Source of the DNA: Antedon mediterranea
Lineage: Eukaryota > Animalia > Echinodermata
Direction: 5' to 3'
Length of the DNA stretch: 64,000 nucleotides
NCBI RefSeq assembly: GCF_964355755.1
Contig: NC_092670.1
Coordinates: 12,324,795 to 12,388,794 of the forward strand
Part shown: piece after piece, positions 38,266 through 49,809 of the stretch
Numbering within the stretch: position 1 is the first letter of the stretch
How the letters are laid out: the number at the start of each line of letters is the position of its first letter
Notes under the pieces: generated by a model
Told to the model about the DNA's origin: nothing
The model's input: only the letters and a program-made list of their open reading frames with translations
Database searches by the model: none
Position numbers and translations under genes: made by a program

Positions 38266-38306
38266 TTGCACTGATGAAGGACTAGTTTTGTCCGAAAGCT
38301 CTGCTA
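38266..38306 (+). ncRNA. Minimal type I hammerhead ribozyme of Penelope-like element type
   Basis: TTGCA-CTGATGA-A-GGAC-tagtttt-GTCC-GAAA-GCTC-TGC. Intact core, 4-bp stem II, palindromic AGCT stem III and GCA/TGC stem I. Confidence 0.75.
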
Positions 38307-38405
38307 ATTTTTCTGGCTGTTTTACTTTATCGTTTTGATTTAGCTTTTCGCTTTTTTTTGTATCTCCATTGAGATCCAGCCACTGATACCCACAGCATTG
38401 TCATT
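38266..38405 (+). mobile_element. Penelope-like pseudo-LTR fragment; second partial copy inverted at ~58755-58850
   Basis: Hammerhead followed by a T-rich tract. GAGATCCAGCCACTGATACCCACA recurs in reverse complement at ~58763-58786. Confidence 0.6.
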
Positions 38406-38425
38406 TTTCAGTAATTTGCCTTTGG

Positions 38426-38592
<167 letters not shown>

Positions 38593-38667
38593 AGTTGATT
38601 GTACATTACAGGGATCAATTTGGCCGCGCCCTGGTTGGAAACTTTTATATTATGTACAATATTTAGG

Positions 38668-39447
38668 TTTTTAGTCGCGTGGAAGCGACTCTATAGTTCA
38701 CTAAGTCGGTCGGTCGGTCTGTCTGTCTGTCTGTCGGTCTGTCTGTCTGTCTGTTGGTCCGGTATCACTAAGCGTTTTATCGCTTTATGACCTTATCTTG
38801 ATATCAGTTTAATCTAGCTAAGTAAATTTTTCACAGAATATTCCTTATGGCCAGGAATCGATGTGGTTATGTTTTCACGGTGCGCAATAAAAAATTACGC
38901 GGTCTACGCACGATTTAACGGAATCACGTTTGTAATCATATCTTAACAACCATGAATCACAATTAAATAAAATTTGGTACTCATAAATTTCAGGGCATAA
39001 ATCATCATATGGCAATACAATTACGTGCGTAGCGCATGTAACGCATGCGTACGCGCGCTTAAAATTTTCAAAATTTATTTTCGATGAAATAAGAGTACGT
39101 TTCAGGCAATTTTAAGCGTTTACAAAATTGCCATGAGTGCGCAGATTTTTGCGCGCGCACTGCGCGTTAAATATTATTGCGCACACTTTTGGCCCGATTT
39201 CTGTTTTCTTGAATTACTTTTCAACTCGAAATTACGTTATACGAGCACGTCAAATGTGACAGGCTACGCACGTGTAAATTAAAAAAATATAAATGTTTTT
39301 AAACATTTCAACATTTTTAAACATGTTCAGTAATTTCGGTCAGTATAGTTCACTATGTCGGTCGGTCCGTCTGTCTGTCGGTCTGTTTGTCTGTCGGTCC
39401 GGTATCACTATGCATTGTAGCACGCGACTTAATGGCTGTTGGCCTTG
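38668..39447 (+). mobile_element. DINE-1/HINE-like element with GTCY microsatellite (family D) carrying a family-C core
   Basis: 5' subTIR AGTCGCGTG with adjacent partial IR GCGACT, and (GTCT/GTCG)n. 3' CACGCGACT plus a small GGC..GCC stem, ending CTTG|TTTT. Confidence 0.8.
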
Positions 39448-39639
39448 TTTTTATTCATGCAGGTTTTTTTACAGTGCCTCACAATGTTATTTTATGTCCG
39501 TTCATTTTTTTTTATTAAATCGAAAACAAAAGGAAATTAGAATTTTGAAAGTGTGCAATAAGCAATTATGTCCGATTTTCACTTATATTTTCAAGTATTT
39601 TTTATTAGTGGTAGGCCTACTGTTCCACGCGTATATTTA

Positions 39640-39935
39640 TATTATCAACCCATTGCCAAAAGTAAATAGACCCAGTGTACCAACAGATTTTAAGCCGGTT
39701 ACAAATACTTCTAATTTAATGTTTAAAACGATTGAATGTATCAAGACTCAAGGAAACATTTGTAATGTAGCCTAGATAAGAACCAATTTGCATCTAGAGC
39801 TCAACGATGCTGTTAATTCTTTTCTCCATAATATTTACCAACGCCTTGATCCAAACAAAGTTATGTTAATGGTCTATCTTTATCGATTTCCCCGGTTCAT
39901 TTAACACTATTTTACATCATATTTTAATTGAGAAT
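39640..39935 (+). pseudogene. Degenerate Rex1/L2-like LINE reverse transcriptase remnant
   Basis: IINPLPKVNRPSVPTDFKPVTNTS..KTIE, then LDKNQFA, FLHNIYQRLD and FIDFPGSFNTILHHILI across frames. Confidence 0.65.
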
Positions 39936-40628
39936 GCGTCAATAAATGTCAGTACCCATTGTAGTACATTGTAGGAGATTGTTAATAGACAACATTTCCG
40001 GTATAGTAATAGGAAAGAAATTTACGCGAAAATATCTTTCAGAACAATTATTCATTGTTGCAAATATTTACGCCTCCATTCTATATATTATCCAACGATA
40101 ATATATACTTTACAATTTAATTCCGAATGTAAATGTTGTTAATGGATGGCTATACTTGTCTGTGTTATTATTCATACATCTAGATCCGTGGTTGACTTTT
40201 TAATAGGTTTGACAATGCTATACAATTCATTTCATAATTCATCATTTTCGCCGATTTTAGCTTGTAATTTGTATTAATTAAACAATTCATACATTCACAA
40301 TTCTTGAAGATGAACAGGCAAAAAATTAGTTAACATACTTAGTATCTGTTACTGTACAATATTATTTTCAGATGTTTCCTTTATAAACCTCACTTCCTGA
40401 ACAAGACCATTAAGTTTACAATTATGAACTATTTATAATAAGGAAGTTCATCTTAAATGTGTTGAATTGGTGCAGAGGATAGGCATTTGTATCCTGTCTC
40501 AAGGTTGTCAGGTCAGGTTTTGTTCCATGTAAGTTTACAGTTTTGCTGCTACCATCGCGTCAAAGGGCGCGTTTATACAACACGCATTACATGCATATTC
40601 TACACGCCTACGAGAAGTGTGTTGTATA

Positions 40629-40675
40629 ACCAAAGATTGTATAGCGCCGCGTAGCGGCGCTATACAATCTTTGGT
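40629..40675. repeat. Perfect 22-bp-stem palindrome flanked by ATA direct repeats (mini-MITE or internally deleted TIR element)
   Basis: ata|ACCAAAGATTGTATAGCGCCGC-gta-GCGGCGCTATACAATCTTTGGT|ata. Confidence 0.8.
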
Positions 40676-41032
40676 ATAACAACAAAGGTTGTGTTTATGA
40701 ACATTTAAAGTATCTGGATATGCCAGAGGTCTCTCCTGACAAGGCTAAATCAAAATTCTCCCTACCGTTTACAGACTTCTAGGTATCCGGCTACTCATGG
40801 CCTTATTTTCAGCCTGATTTGCGTGATTATCTCATAAAATACATTGTTTAATCCAGCAAGGTCGCCTTCAACTCCCCTGAGGACAAGCCAACCCTCCAAA
40901 TTTGCCGGGCTGAGGTTGGTCCGGATAACCCAGGTGGTAGTACTCAAAAAAGTCATTAAGGGTCGTTAAGGCATGATTAATGACCCCAAAAGATGACAAG
41001 TTATCCGGATACTTGCTGTTCGTAAACGGGCC

Positions 41033-41821
41033 GCGATTTTTTTTTTCGTACATAAGTTGGGGACCCCCTCATGAAACGTCACAAAATAAACATGAATAAT
41101 TCATCAGTTAAATTTTCTTGTTCCGTGTGCACCCAAGCGTATAGCAACAAGAAGTGATTACAGTAGTTTACACAAGTGCGGTACGATTCTAGGCCTATCT
41201 CCGTTGTGGTTGCCGCGTGCGATTTCATAATAGAATAGCGGCGTTTTGTGTGGATTGTCGAAATAATCAGCCTTTAGTTTATGGTGTGTTTAATATAATT
41301 TATTACTAAAGAATTACGTGTTAAAATTATAGTTTCTATTGATACTATAATTAGGCCTAATTGCTATTCTCTAAACCCATGTCTATTCTAGTGTTCATAT
41401 ACGCGCAGTTCCTTTGATTACATGCATATTGTTTGATAATAAAATAGCAGAATTAAAAAAATACAGTACACAAATTATACACATTCTTTATTCTTGTGGG
41501 TCTAAGCTTTCTTTGGGCTATATCCAATGAATTACTACTTAGTGTAATGCCTTGCCTAGCTGTCGATTAGCCTCGACTCGACACATTTTGCATAGTGGTG
41601 TGTGTGTGTGTGTGAAGAAGAGTGCGCGAAGGCAATCACGTGAATTGACTTAGAATCCTAGGCCTACTGTAAAAGTATCGTATCGCAGTTGTGTAATCAC
41701 TTCTTGTTGCTATACGCTTGGGTGCACACGGAACAAGAAAATTTAACTGATGAATTATTCATGTTAATTTTGTGACGTTTCATGAGGGGGTCCCCAACTT
41801 ATGTACGAAAAAAAAAATCGC
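41033..41821. mobile_element. Mutator-like MITE (789 bp) with ~130-bp TIRs and a 9-bp TSD
   Basis: Near-perfect TIRs starting GCGATTTTTTTTTTCGTACATAAG. TSD AAACGGGCC at 41024-41032 and 41822-41830. Confidence 0.9.
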
Positions 41822-44011
41822 AAACGGGCCCATAGAGATTCCGTGTAATGAGATTTTAATTGCAAAAAAGGCTACTTGGCTGAATCCTAACATTTGGTGG
41901 ATTCCCGGTCGCCGTTACCGTGTTGGAAGTGTCCTCAGGGTATATTTTGACCTCTCGTTAAAACAGGTCGTAATATAAATCATGTCATGCGACGTTGCTA
42001 ACAAGATTGGGCCCATTTATTGCTGCTTCGCTGCCAGCAATCATCCTCCTACCACGTTTTATTTTACGCCTAGCCATAAATCAGCATTAAAGTTGTATTG
42101 TCCCCCAAAACATGAAAAATAAAGATGAAAAAAATCAAATTTTGAATAGACCATTTTGTAGTTATAATAAAGTTATTCACTTTCGCCGAAAAAAAATCCG
42201 AAAAAAATATTGATTTCGCTTATAAAAAATCAAAATAAGTTTTTTCGAACTCATAAGTTCAGAAATTCCAAAATAACGATGGTTAGCTAACAGCTCATAA
42301 ATATTCATGATATGTTAATGAGTATCCAAACAGGGGAGATACGATCTGTTCACCACGTAAACAAACATGTGCGAAGAACAGAAGAAAGTGCTGGGGTTTC
42401 CCTGATCGTATGATGTAAAAAGCTCTGCCGTTAATTTGCTGGTAAGTAGAATTCTATTTTAGATGAATGACACATCCTCCTATAATAGTTTTTGGCGTAT
42501 AGTTATAGGCTTAGCTATCTAGGCTAGGGCTATAATATAAGCCTACTTCTACTATCTAGTAGGGCCTACTAGGCCTAGTTAGTACTGTAGTTTACTACTA
42601 CTGTGTAGTGTAGTGTAGCAGCAGCTGTAGGCAGGCAGATAATCGGGTCAGAAAAGTAGACGGGAACCCACTTTGAGGCCTAGCTAGGTCATATATGTCG
42701 TACTCACCTAGCTAAGCCATCACTCCACAACTAGCTACAGGAAATAGGCCTACTATGTTGATGTACCACTGATATACATTTGGAGCTCGAATTAATTTTA
42801 AAGTCTAAAAAAGACTAACTGATGACAAAAAACGAACATTTGGAAAATGATCAGCATACAGTACCAAAGAAGTTGACGGTAGAATAGATTGTTGTTGATA
42901 GCAACCAAAACGAAAACACTAGTAATTAGACTAGGCCTTTTTTAGGGAGGAGATGCACTTTTCAGGGATTCCTTACTGTACATTAGTACCCCAAATTGAA
43001 AACTTCAGATTCATTTACAGAAATAATAATTATATGTATGCAATAAATTGTGAAATATTTAACTTTTCTATTTGACTTTTGTATTTATACATCATTGTTT
43101 TTCAATTTATAGACTTAAGCTAATGAAGACTGGAACAGAAGTTACACCCATACAGCATTTTAAAGGCAACTGGCAGTAGACTCGGTAGTGGAACACAAGA
43201 TAAATATTGGATGACTATCATAAAGCATTAGGCAAATGTGTTGGTTGTTTTCCAGCTTTTAAAATGTTGTATAGTTTTCATAATTCGAGCAATAACATTT
43301 GTATACAGCATTAAATAAATAAAAAATACTACTACAGTACATGAGATAAAATCACCATAATTTTAATGTGTGAAGATTTACAGTACAGTACAGTAAAAAA
43401 TGAGTTAATTACTAGTATATTTCATTGAATTTCTGCATTATTGTTGACAATTTATTTTCAACTATTAATTGATGTGTTGATTGTGGCATTACAGCAATAG
43501 CTTGTTGTAGTGAATTTATTTTAGTTGGTTCCGAGCTTTCTCAGGCGTATATATTTCCACGCGACGTACACAGCTGTCACTGAATGATAACTCATACAAA
43601 AGGTATATTTAACTCAACTAGAACTTTTATTCCTTGTAATTCGATTAATACATCTTTCTACCACTACTAGTCAAGCCTTAATATTCTCTTTATCATCTTT
43701 CCGTTTATCTACTCTGATCTTATTCTCTCTTCTTCTCTAATATCTATTACATTCCACTTTTATACTGGATATGCAAATTTTAGGCTTCAGAGGAGGATAA
43801 CATTTTCCCTCCAAAAATTATACGATTTTGATTGGCTAATAATATAAGGCGGACCTGGTCTAAAGCATCCTTCTCTAAACACAGAGAATCACAACATAAA
43901 TAATATGACATTCCCCTTTTTGGGAAAAAGATTGTGTCAATCTTTCCAAAATTTAACATTTAAAACCATTTTACTATAAACTATCTACAAATAACACATC
44001 TATAATATTAT

Positions 44012-45924
44012 TTATGCACGGCTTAATCCATCTGCATTTCCATTTAATGATCCTTTCTTGTAAATAACTTTAAATTTATATCCTTGTAAAAACAGAGCCC
44101 ATCTCATAAGTCTAACATTGGCACCCTTCATTGAGTCCATCCATCTCAATGCCTGGTGGTCAGTATGAACTTGAAATTCACAACCATACAGATAATACTT
44201 AAGTTTATTGATAGCCCAAACAATAGAGAGGCACTCTTTTTCTGGCACAGAATATCTCTGCTCATGTACAGATAACTTTCTACTAAGTACACAATGGGAT
44301 AATCATTACCCTCACCATCTATTTGGCTCAGCACTGCACCTATGCCATAATTTGAGGCATCGGTTTGCAATAAAAACATCTTATCAAAATTTGGGGCTTT
44401 TAATACATTATCATCAGTAAGTCGTTTCTTTAAAGTTACAAAGGCATTTTCACATTGTTCATTCCACTTAACGGTATTACTTTTACTCTTTAAAGTTAAA
44501 TCAATCAATGGTTTAGCAATATCGGCATAGTTCTGTACAAATTTTCTGTAATAGCCAGTTAATCCGAGAAATGATCGGACTTGTTTCTTAGACAAAGGTC
44601 TGGGGAACTTTTCCACAGCCTCAACCTTATCAATCATGAGTCTAATTTCTCCATTACCAATCTTATGCCCCAGAAATTCTACCTGTGCATAGGCAATTTT
44701 ACATTTCAAAGGCTTTGCTGTCAATCCAGCACTACTTAATCTTTCTAATACATCATTCAAATGAAAAATATGATCTTTCCAAGTTTGACTATAAATACAT
44801 ATGTCATCTATATATGCCTTAGCATATCCCTCAGTACCTTGTAATACCTTATCCATTAATCTTTGGAAAGTACTAGAGCTATTTCGCATACCAAATGGAA
44901 GTACATTGTAACAATACTGTCCAAATTGTGTAATAAATGCTGATTTGTCTTTGGTCTTAGGATCCAGAGGCACCTGGTAAAATCCTTTAGTTAGATCTAA
45001 CGTAGTTAAGTATATTGCGGATGATACCTCATCCAACAATTCGTCTATGCGAGGCATAACATAAGGGTCAAATTGTGTAGTCTTATTTAGTGATCTAAAA
45101 TCTGTCACCATTCTAATTTGATTCTGGCCTTTCTTCAGGGCAATAATAGGTGCAGCATAGGCACTAACAGTAGGTTCTATTATACCCATAGCCAACATAC
45201 TTTCTAATTCCTCTTTCAATTTACCCTTTAATGCTTGGGGCGTTCTATATGCCCTATGCCTTATAGACATTTCACCATTAGTCTTAATTTCATGTGTCAC
45301 TAAGTGAGTTCTACCTGGTACATCCGAGAATACATTCTGTTGGTACTTTAACAATTCTGTTAATTGTTTAGTTTGTGTATCATTTAAATTACTACTAACG
45401 TTAACATCTCTCCATGTTTGTGATTGATGATAAGACAATCCTATGTCTATTTCACTATCTAACGCATTGTCATGGACTTCTATCGACTGAACATTTGTTA
45501 CTACATAATAACCATCTTTACTTATTTCTACTTTATCATACCATCTCTTTAACATATTAACATGTAGAATTTGTTTTTCTTTTCTTCTACCTCCTATGTA
45601 TATTTCATAATTTACATCATTGACCTTTTTTGTAACAGTGAAGGGGCCTTGCCATTTACTGTCTAACTTACTATTTCCTACTGGAAGGAATATCAACACT
45701 TTGTCCCCTTCTACAAATTCTCTATCAATAGCATTCTTGTTATAATTGTGGGACATAATTTCTTGTTCTTCAAGTTTGTTTACATTAGCATCTTTCATTA
45801 ATTCCTCCATTTTTTCTCTTATTTCTAACATGTATTTGATAACATCAGTAGATGTTTCTTCATCTTCTACCCAATTACTTTTGAGTAAACTCAAGGGTCC
45901 CCTCACCTCTCTACCATAAAGCAA
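44012..45924 (-). pseudogene. Gypsy integrase C-terminus, RT and RNase H (frameshift near 44280)
   Basis: WQGPF; DLTKGFYQ, LPFGM, YIDD; QTDAS..GAVLSQ; EKECLSIVWAI..TDHQAL..NADGLSR split over ORFs 44146-45924 and 44012-44248. Confidence 0.9.
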
Positions 45925-48632
45925 TTTAAAGGTGAATGGCCCGTCGCTTTACTAGGAACTTCTCTGTATGCAAACAGAAAGGGGGGTATGTAGTTATCCC
46001 AATTTTTTCTTTGCTTTACTATAAGTGTCCGTATCATATTTTTCAATGTACCGTGAAATCTTTCAACAAGCCCATTGCTTTGGGGGTGGTACACTGTAGT
46101 CTTTAATTGATTAATCCCCAACATACTACATATAGATTGCATAATTGAAGACATGAAATTAGTTCCTTGATCATGTACAATCTCTTCGGGTAATCCTACT
46201 CTAGTAAAGACTTCTATTAGAGCCCTGGCTACTGTTTCAGCTCTAACATTGGGTAACGGGATAGCATCCGGATATCTCGTAGCATAGTCAATTATAGTAA
46301 GCATATATTTGTTATTACGGCTTGTTCTAGATAAGGGTCCAACGATGTCTATCGCTATACGTTTAAATGGTGTACTTATAATCGGTAATGGTATCAAAGT
46401 ATGTTTCCTTTTACTTTTACCCTTATCTACCTTTTGGCATTCCTTACAGACTTTACAATAGACTACCACATCTTTAAATATACCTGGCCAATAGAATTGG
46501 TTCAGGACCCTACTTTTAGTTTTCTCAACACCCATGTGACCTGCAAATGGCACATTATGACCTAAGTGTAATACACCCTGTCTACACTGAGTGGGTAATA
46601 CAATCTGTTCCACTTGGTTATTCTTATCTTTAATACTACTCCAATTTCTCATCAATATACCTTGTCTCATAAAGAAACACACCCTATGCTGACCTATTTC
46701 TTCTATAGGGACTACCCTGTCAAACACTCCTTTGAGTGAGTCATCCTTAGTTTGCAATTTGATCAGTTCTTGTTTAGTTAGGTTCAGCTTGTGCTGTTGT
46801 TCATAAGTTTTATGTTTGACTGTTTTATCTTTAGCTTTATCCTCATTTTCGTCAAACAAATTATTCATTTCTGTTCCATTCATATCATCTAAACACTTTG
46901 TTTTATTTACTTTGTTGTCATTTACTACTGTTTTCAACAATTGTACATTAGTTTCTTTAGGCGGCTCTTCTATCGGCTTAAAGTTACTATCTTTCCCTAA
47001 CAATATCATTTCGTCTTGTATTCTAACATCATTTTCTATTCTGGCTTGCTCCCTAGTTAGGACGAACATTTCTTTAGCCATTGTTTCCCCACAATTCTGG
47101 TCCAAATCATGACCCAATAACATGTCCCTCTGTAATCCTTCGATTACGGCTACAATCACTTTTCCTGTCACTATCTTACTTTCTATAGCTACCTCAGCTA
47201 AGGGGACGGTAATATCGCCTCCTATACTTCTTAACGTAACCCATTTTCCTGGCAAGTAACATTTGTTTGGCACTAGACTTTCCTTAACAGCTGACTGGGT
47301 ACATCCCGAGTCTCTTAGCATAGTTATATCCAGTCCTTCTAATTTTCCTGGTATTGTACACTTCTCCATTTTATTTTCTACACTATCCATAACTACTTGG
47401 GGTCTATCTGATTTTATTTCTTCACATCTTAAGCCATCTTTCACATTCGGGCCCTTCTTAGTGTCACTAGTCTTTCCTTTTGCTACCATCTTAGGACAAT
47501 CCCCTATTTTATGTCCCTTCTCCTTACAATTGAAGCATAGGCCAATAATCCATTCATTTGAAGGTTCTCTCTGTTGGAAATTTCTACCATAGTTATGGAA
47601 TTTGCCTCCTCTTCCGCGATACCTATTGTATCCTTGCTGCCTAGCTCCAGGGTTATTCTGAGTCGTACTATTCTTGGGTTTACTGTTTTCTTGGCCCTTA
47701 TAATACGTAGGCTTATTTTCAGAATTTACGGCATTCCAATAGCCACGGCCACCTCTATTAGCTATATAATCATCGGCTATCCTAGCCATATCATAGCTCT
47801 TATTTACTTGTTTATCTCTAAGATAAAGCCTCAGATCTTCAGGCATTTTATCAAGTGCCTGTTCCATTATAATCATTTCAATAATGCCTGCAGCATCATC
47901 TTCTTTTACATTAGCACATTTCATCCAACATTTTAAATAATGGGAGAGCTCATTCAGCCATTCCCTGATGGACATATCTTTAACTCTGTTTGAATTTCTA
48001 AATTTAAGTCTGTAGGTCTCTGCGGACACATCATACTTTTCTAAGATTGCCTTCTTTAAGGTATCATAATCTACACATTCTTTTACGGTTAAGGATGCAT
48101 ATGCTGTCCTAGCTTTACCAGACAGTTCAGGTGCTAACCTAGCGGACCACGTATTCTTATCCCAACCTGTGGCTTCTGCCAAGTGTTCAAATGTTCTAAA
48201 ATATATATCAATATCATCTGATTCCTTCAAAGTAGGAACCTTTACCTTCATTTCATCTATTATATTCCTAGCATTACTGTAGCTAGACCTATTTTCTAAT
48301 TCCATCATTTTCACTCTTTCTTGTGATTCAATTTTTCTTTGCTCTATATCTATTTTCTTTTGCTCTATATCTGCTTCTAATCTTAATTGGTCTTGTTGGT
48401 ATTGTAATTCTAACTTTTTGTTTTCGGCCTCGGCCTCGAACTTCATTCGAAAATATTCGAGCATCATATCTTTAGGCATACCGCCGGGTATTTCGGGCAA
48501 ATCAATATCCCTAGCCATGTTATCATACATTTCATTGACTTGGTCAACCTCTTCTTGGTCAACCATCTCTTCCCTAGTATCTTTTTCTGACATAGTCTTA
48601 TCTATATTTTTACCCGATCTTAAAGTTGTCAT
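45903..48632 (-). CDS. Gypsy gag (SCAN-like capsid, CCHC knuckle), protease and integrase
   Basis: ILEKYDVSAETYRLKFR..MEQ; CFNCKEKGHKIGDC; LRDSG; H..GHMG..C..C; DIVGP..IVHDQG..NGLVERFH. Frameshifts into the next ORF near 45920. Confidence 0.9.
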   Translation of the reverse strand: MTTLRSGKNIDKTMSEKDTREEMVDQEEVDQVNEMYDNMARDIDLPEIPGGMPKDMMLEYFRMKFEAEAENKKLELQYQQDQLRLEADIEQKKIDIEQRKIESQERVKMMELENRSSYSNARNIIDEMKVKVPTLKESDDIDIYFRTFEHLAEATGWDKNTWSARLAPELSGKARTAYASLTVKECVDYDTLKKAILEKYDVSAETYRLKFRNSNRVKDMSIREWLNELSHYLKCWMKCANVKEDDAAGIIEMIIMEQALDKMPEDLRLYLRDKQVNKSYDMARIADDYIANRGGRGYWNAVNSENKPTYYKGQENSKPKNSTTQNNPGARQQGYNRYRGRGGKFHNYGRNFQQREPSNEWIIGLCFNCKEKGHKIGDCPKMVAKGKTSDTKKGPNVKDGLRCEEIKSDRPQVVMDSVENKMEKCTIPGKLEGLDITMLRDSGCTQSAVKESLVPNKCYLPGKWVTLRSIGGDITVPLAEVAIESKIVTGKVIVAVIEGLQRDMLLGHDLDQNCGETMAKEMFVLTREQARIENDVRIQDEMILLGKDSNFKPIEEPPKETNVQLLKTVVNDNKVNKTKCLDDMNGTEMNNLFDENEDKAKDKTVKHKTYEQQHKLNLTKQELIKLQTKDDSLKGVFDRVVPIEEIGQHRVCFFMRQGILMRNWSSIKDKNNQVEQIVLPTQCRQGVLHLGHNVPFAGHMGVEKTKSRVLNQFYWPGIFKDVVVYCKVCKECQKVDKGKSKRKHTLIPLPIISTPFKRIAIDIVGPLSRTSRNNKYMLTIIDYATRYPDAIPLPNVRAETVARALIEVFTRVGLPEEIVHDQGTNFMSSIMQSICSMLGINQLKTTVYHPQSNGLVERFHGTLKNMIRTLIVKQRKNWDNYIPPFLFAYREVPSKATGHSPLNCFMVER

Positions 48633-49809
48633 GCTAATAACAATTTTACTAATGAAATATGTAAACTTATGTATACAAAATATGTTATAAAAGTATTTGT
48701 ATTACCTTGATTAATATGAAATCCACATAAATTCTTAAATGCAATACAATATAAGACATTAATTTACTTCAAAGTCACAAACAACGTTCCAAGTTCGCTC
48801 CGTACAAATATTTAATTTCGAAATAAAAAATAGTTTACAAAGTCAGCTTTGCAAATCTTCTCCAACTTTACTGGGCTTCCTTCTGTTACTTCAGTCTTCT
48901 TCTTTCAGACCTCGGTGAATATATAAGTATCTCCGATGAATATCCAGCAGTCTTGAGCAGGTACCTTGAGCTCAACAGTACTTCTTCTTCGTTGTAATAT
49001 CCAAACAACGCACGGTATAAAAACTGTCAGGAATCCAGATCTTCGTAACCATTTAACTTTTTGGTTACTGATTTAACAGGCCCGTAGAGTAGGCACTGTC
49101 ACTTCTTCTCCTTCTTCTTCTTGATACTTAAATCATGTAAACAAAAATTTTCACCGCTGCCACCATGTAGTGAATTTATTTTAGTTGGTTCCGAGCTTTC
49201 TCAGGCGTATATATTTCCACGCGACGTACACAGCTGTCACTGAATGATAACTCATACAAAAGGTATATTTAACTCAACTAGAACTTTTATTCCTTGTAAT
49301 TCGATTAATACATCTTTCTACCACTACCAGTCAAGCGTTAATATTCTCTTTATCATCTTTCCGTTTATCTACTCTGATCTTATTCTCTCTTCTTCTCTAA
49401 TATCTATTACATTCCACTTTTATACTGGATATGCAAATTTTAGGCTTCAGAGGAGGATAACATTTTCCCTCCAAAAATTATTCAACTTAGATTATTTGGT
49501 CATTTTCTCTAAAATAATTACATTATTGGATGTACAGTATAGGCCTAGTTACAATTTTCACAAATTTATATTAGCATTAAAATCTAATTAATCATGAAGG
49601 AAAAACCAAGCACCATAATCTCTCCTGGCCCTGGTGGTGACCTTATTTTCTATTTTTGGCAGCCATTCACAAGTTTTCGCTTTTTGAGTTTCGCTGCTCT
49701 TATGTATAATTTTTTTTTAATCACAAACTCTACATAGAAAAGAAAATTAAATGTTTTAAAATGAATGAAAAGTGATATGAATAATGATAAATTAAAGACT
49801 ATTATTAAT

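Larger units (their letters stand above)
43506..49481 (-). mobile_element. Gmr1-like Ty3/Gypsy LTR retrotransposon (integrase upstream of RT)
   Basis: 3' LTR 43506-43910 (TG..CA); 5' LTR 49166-49481 is truncated. PBS TGGTGGCAGCGGTG (tRNA-Leu-like) next to 49165; PPT AAAAAGGGGAA at 43911-43921. Confidence 0.93.
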
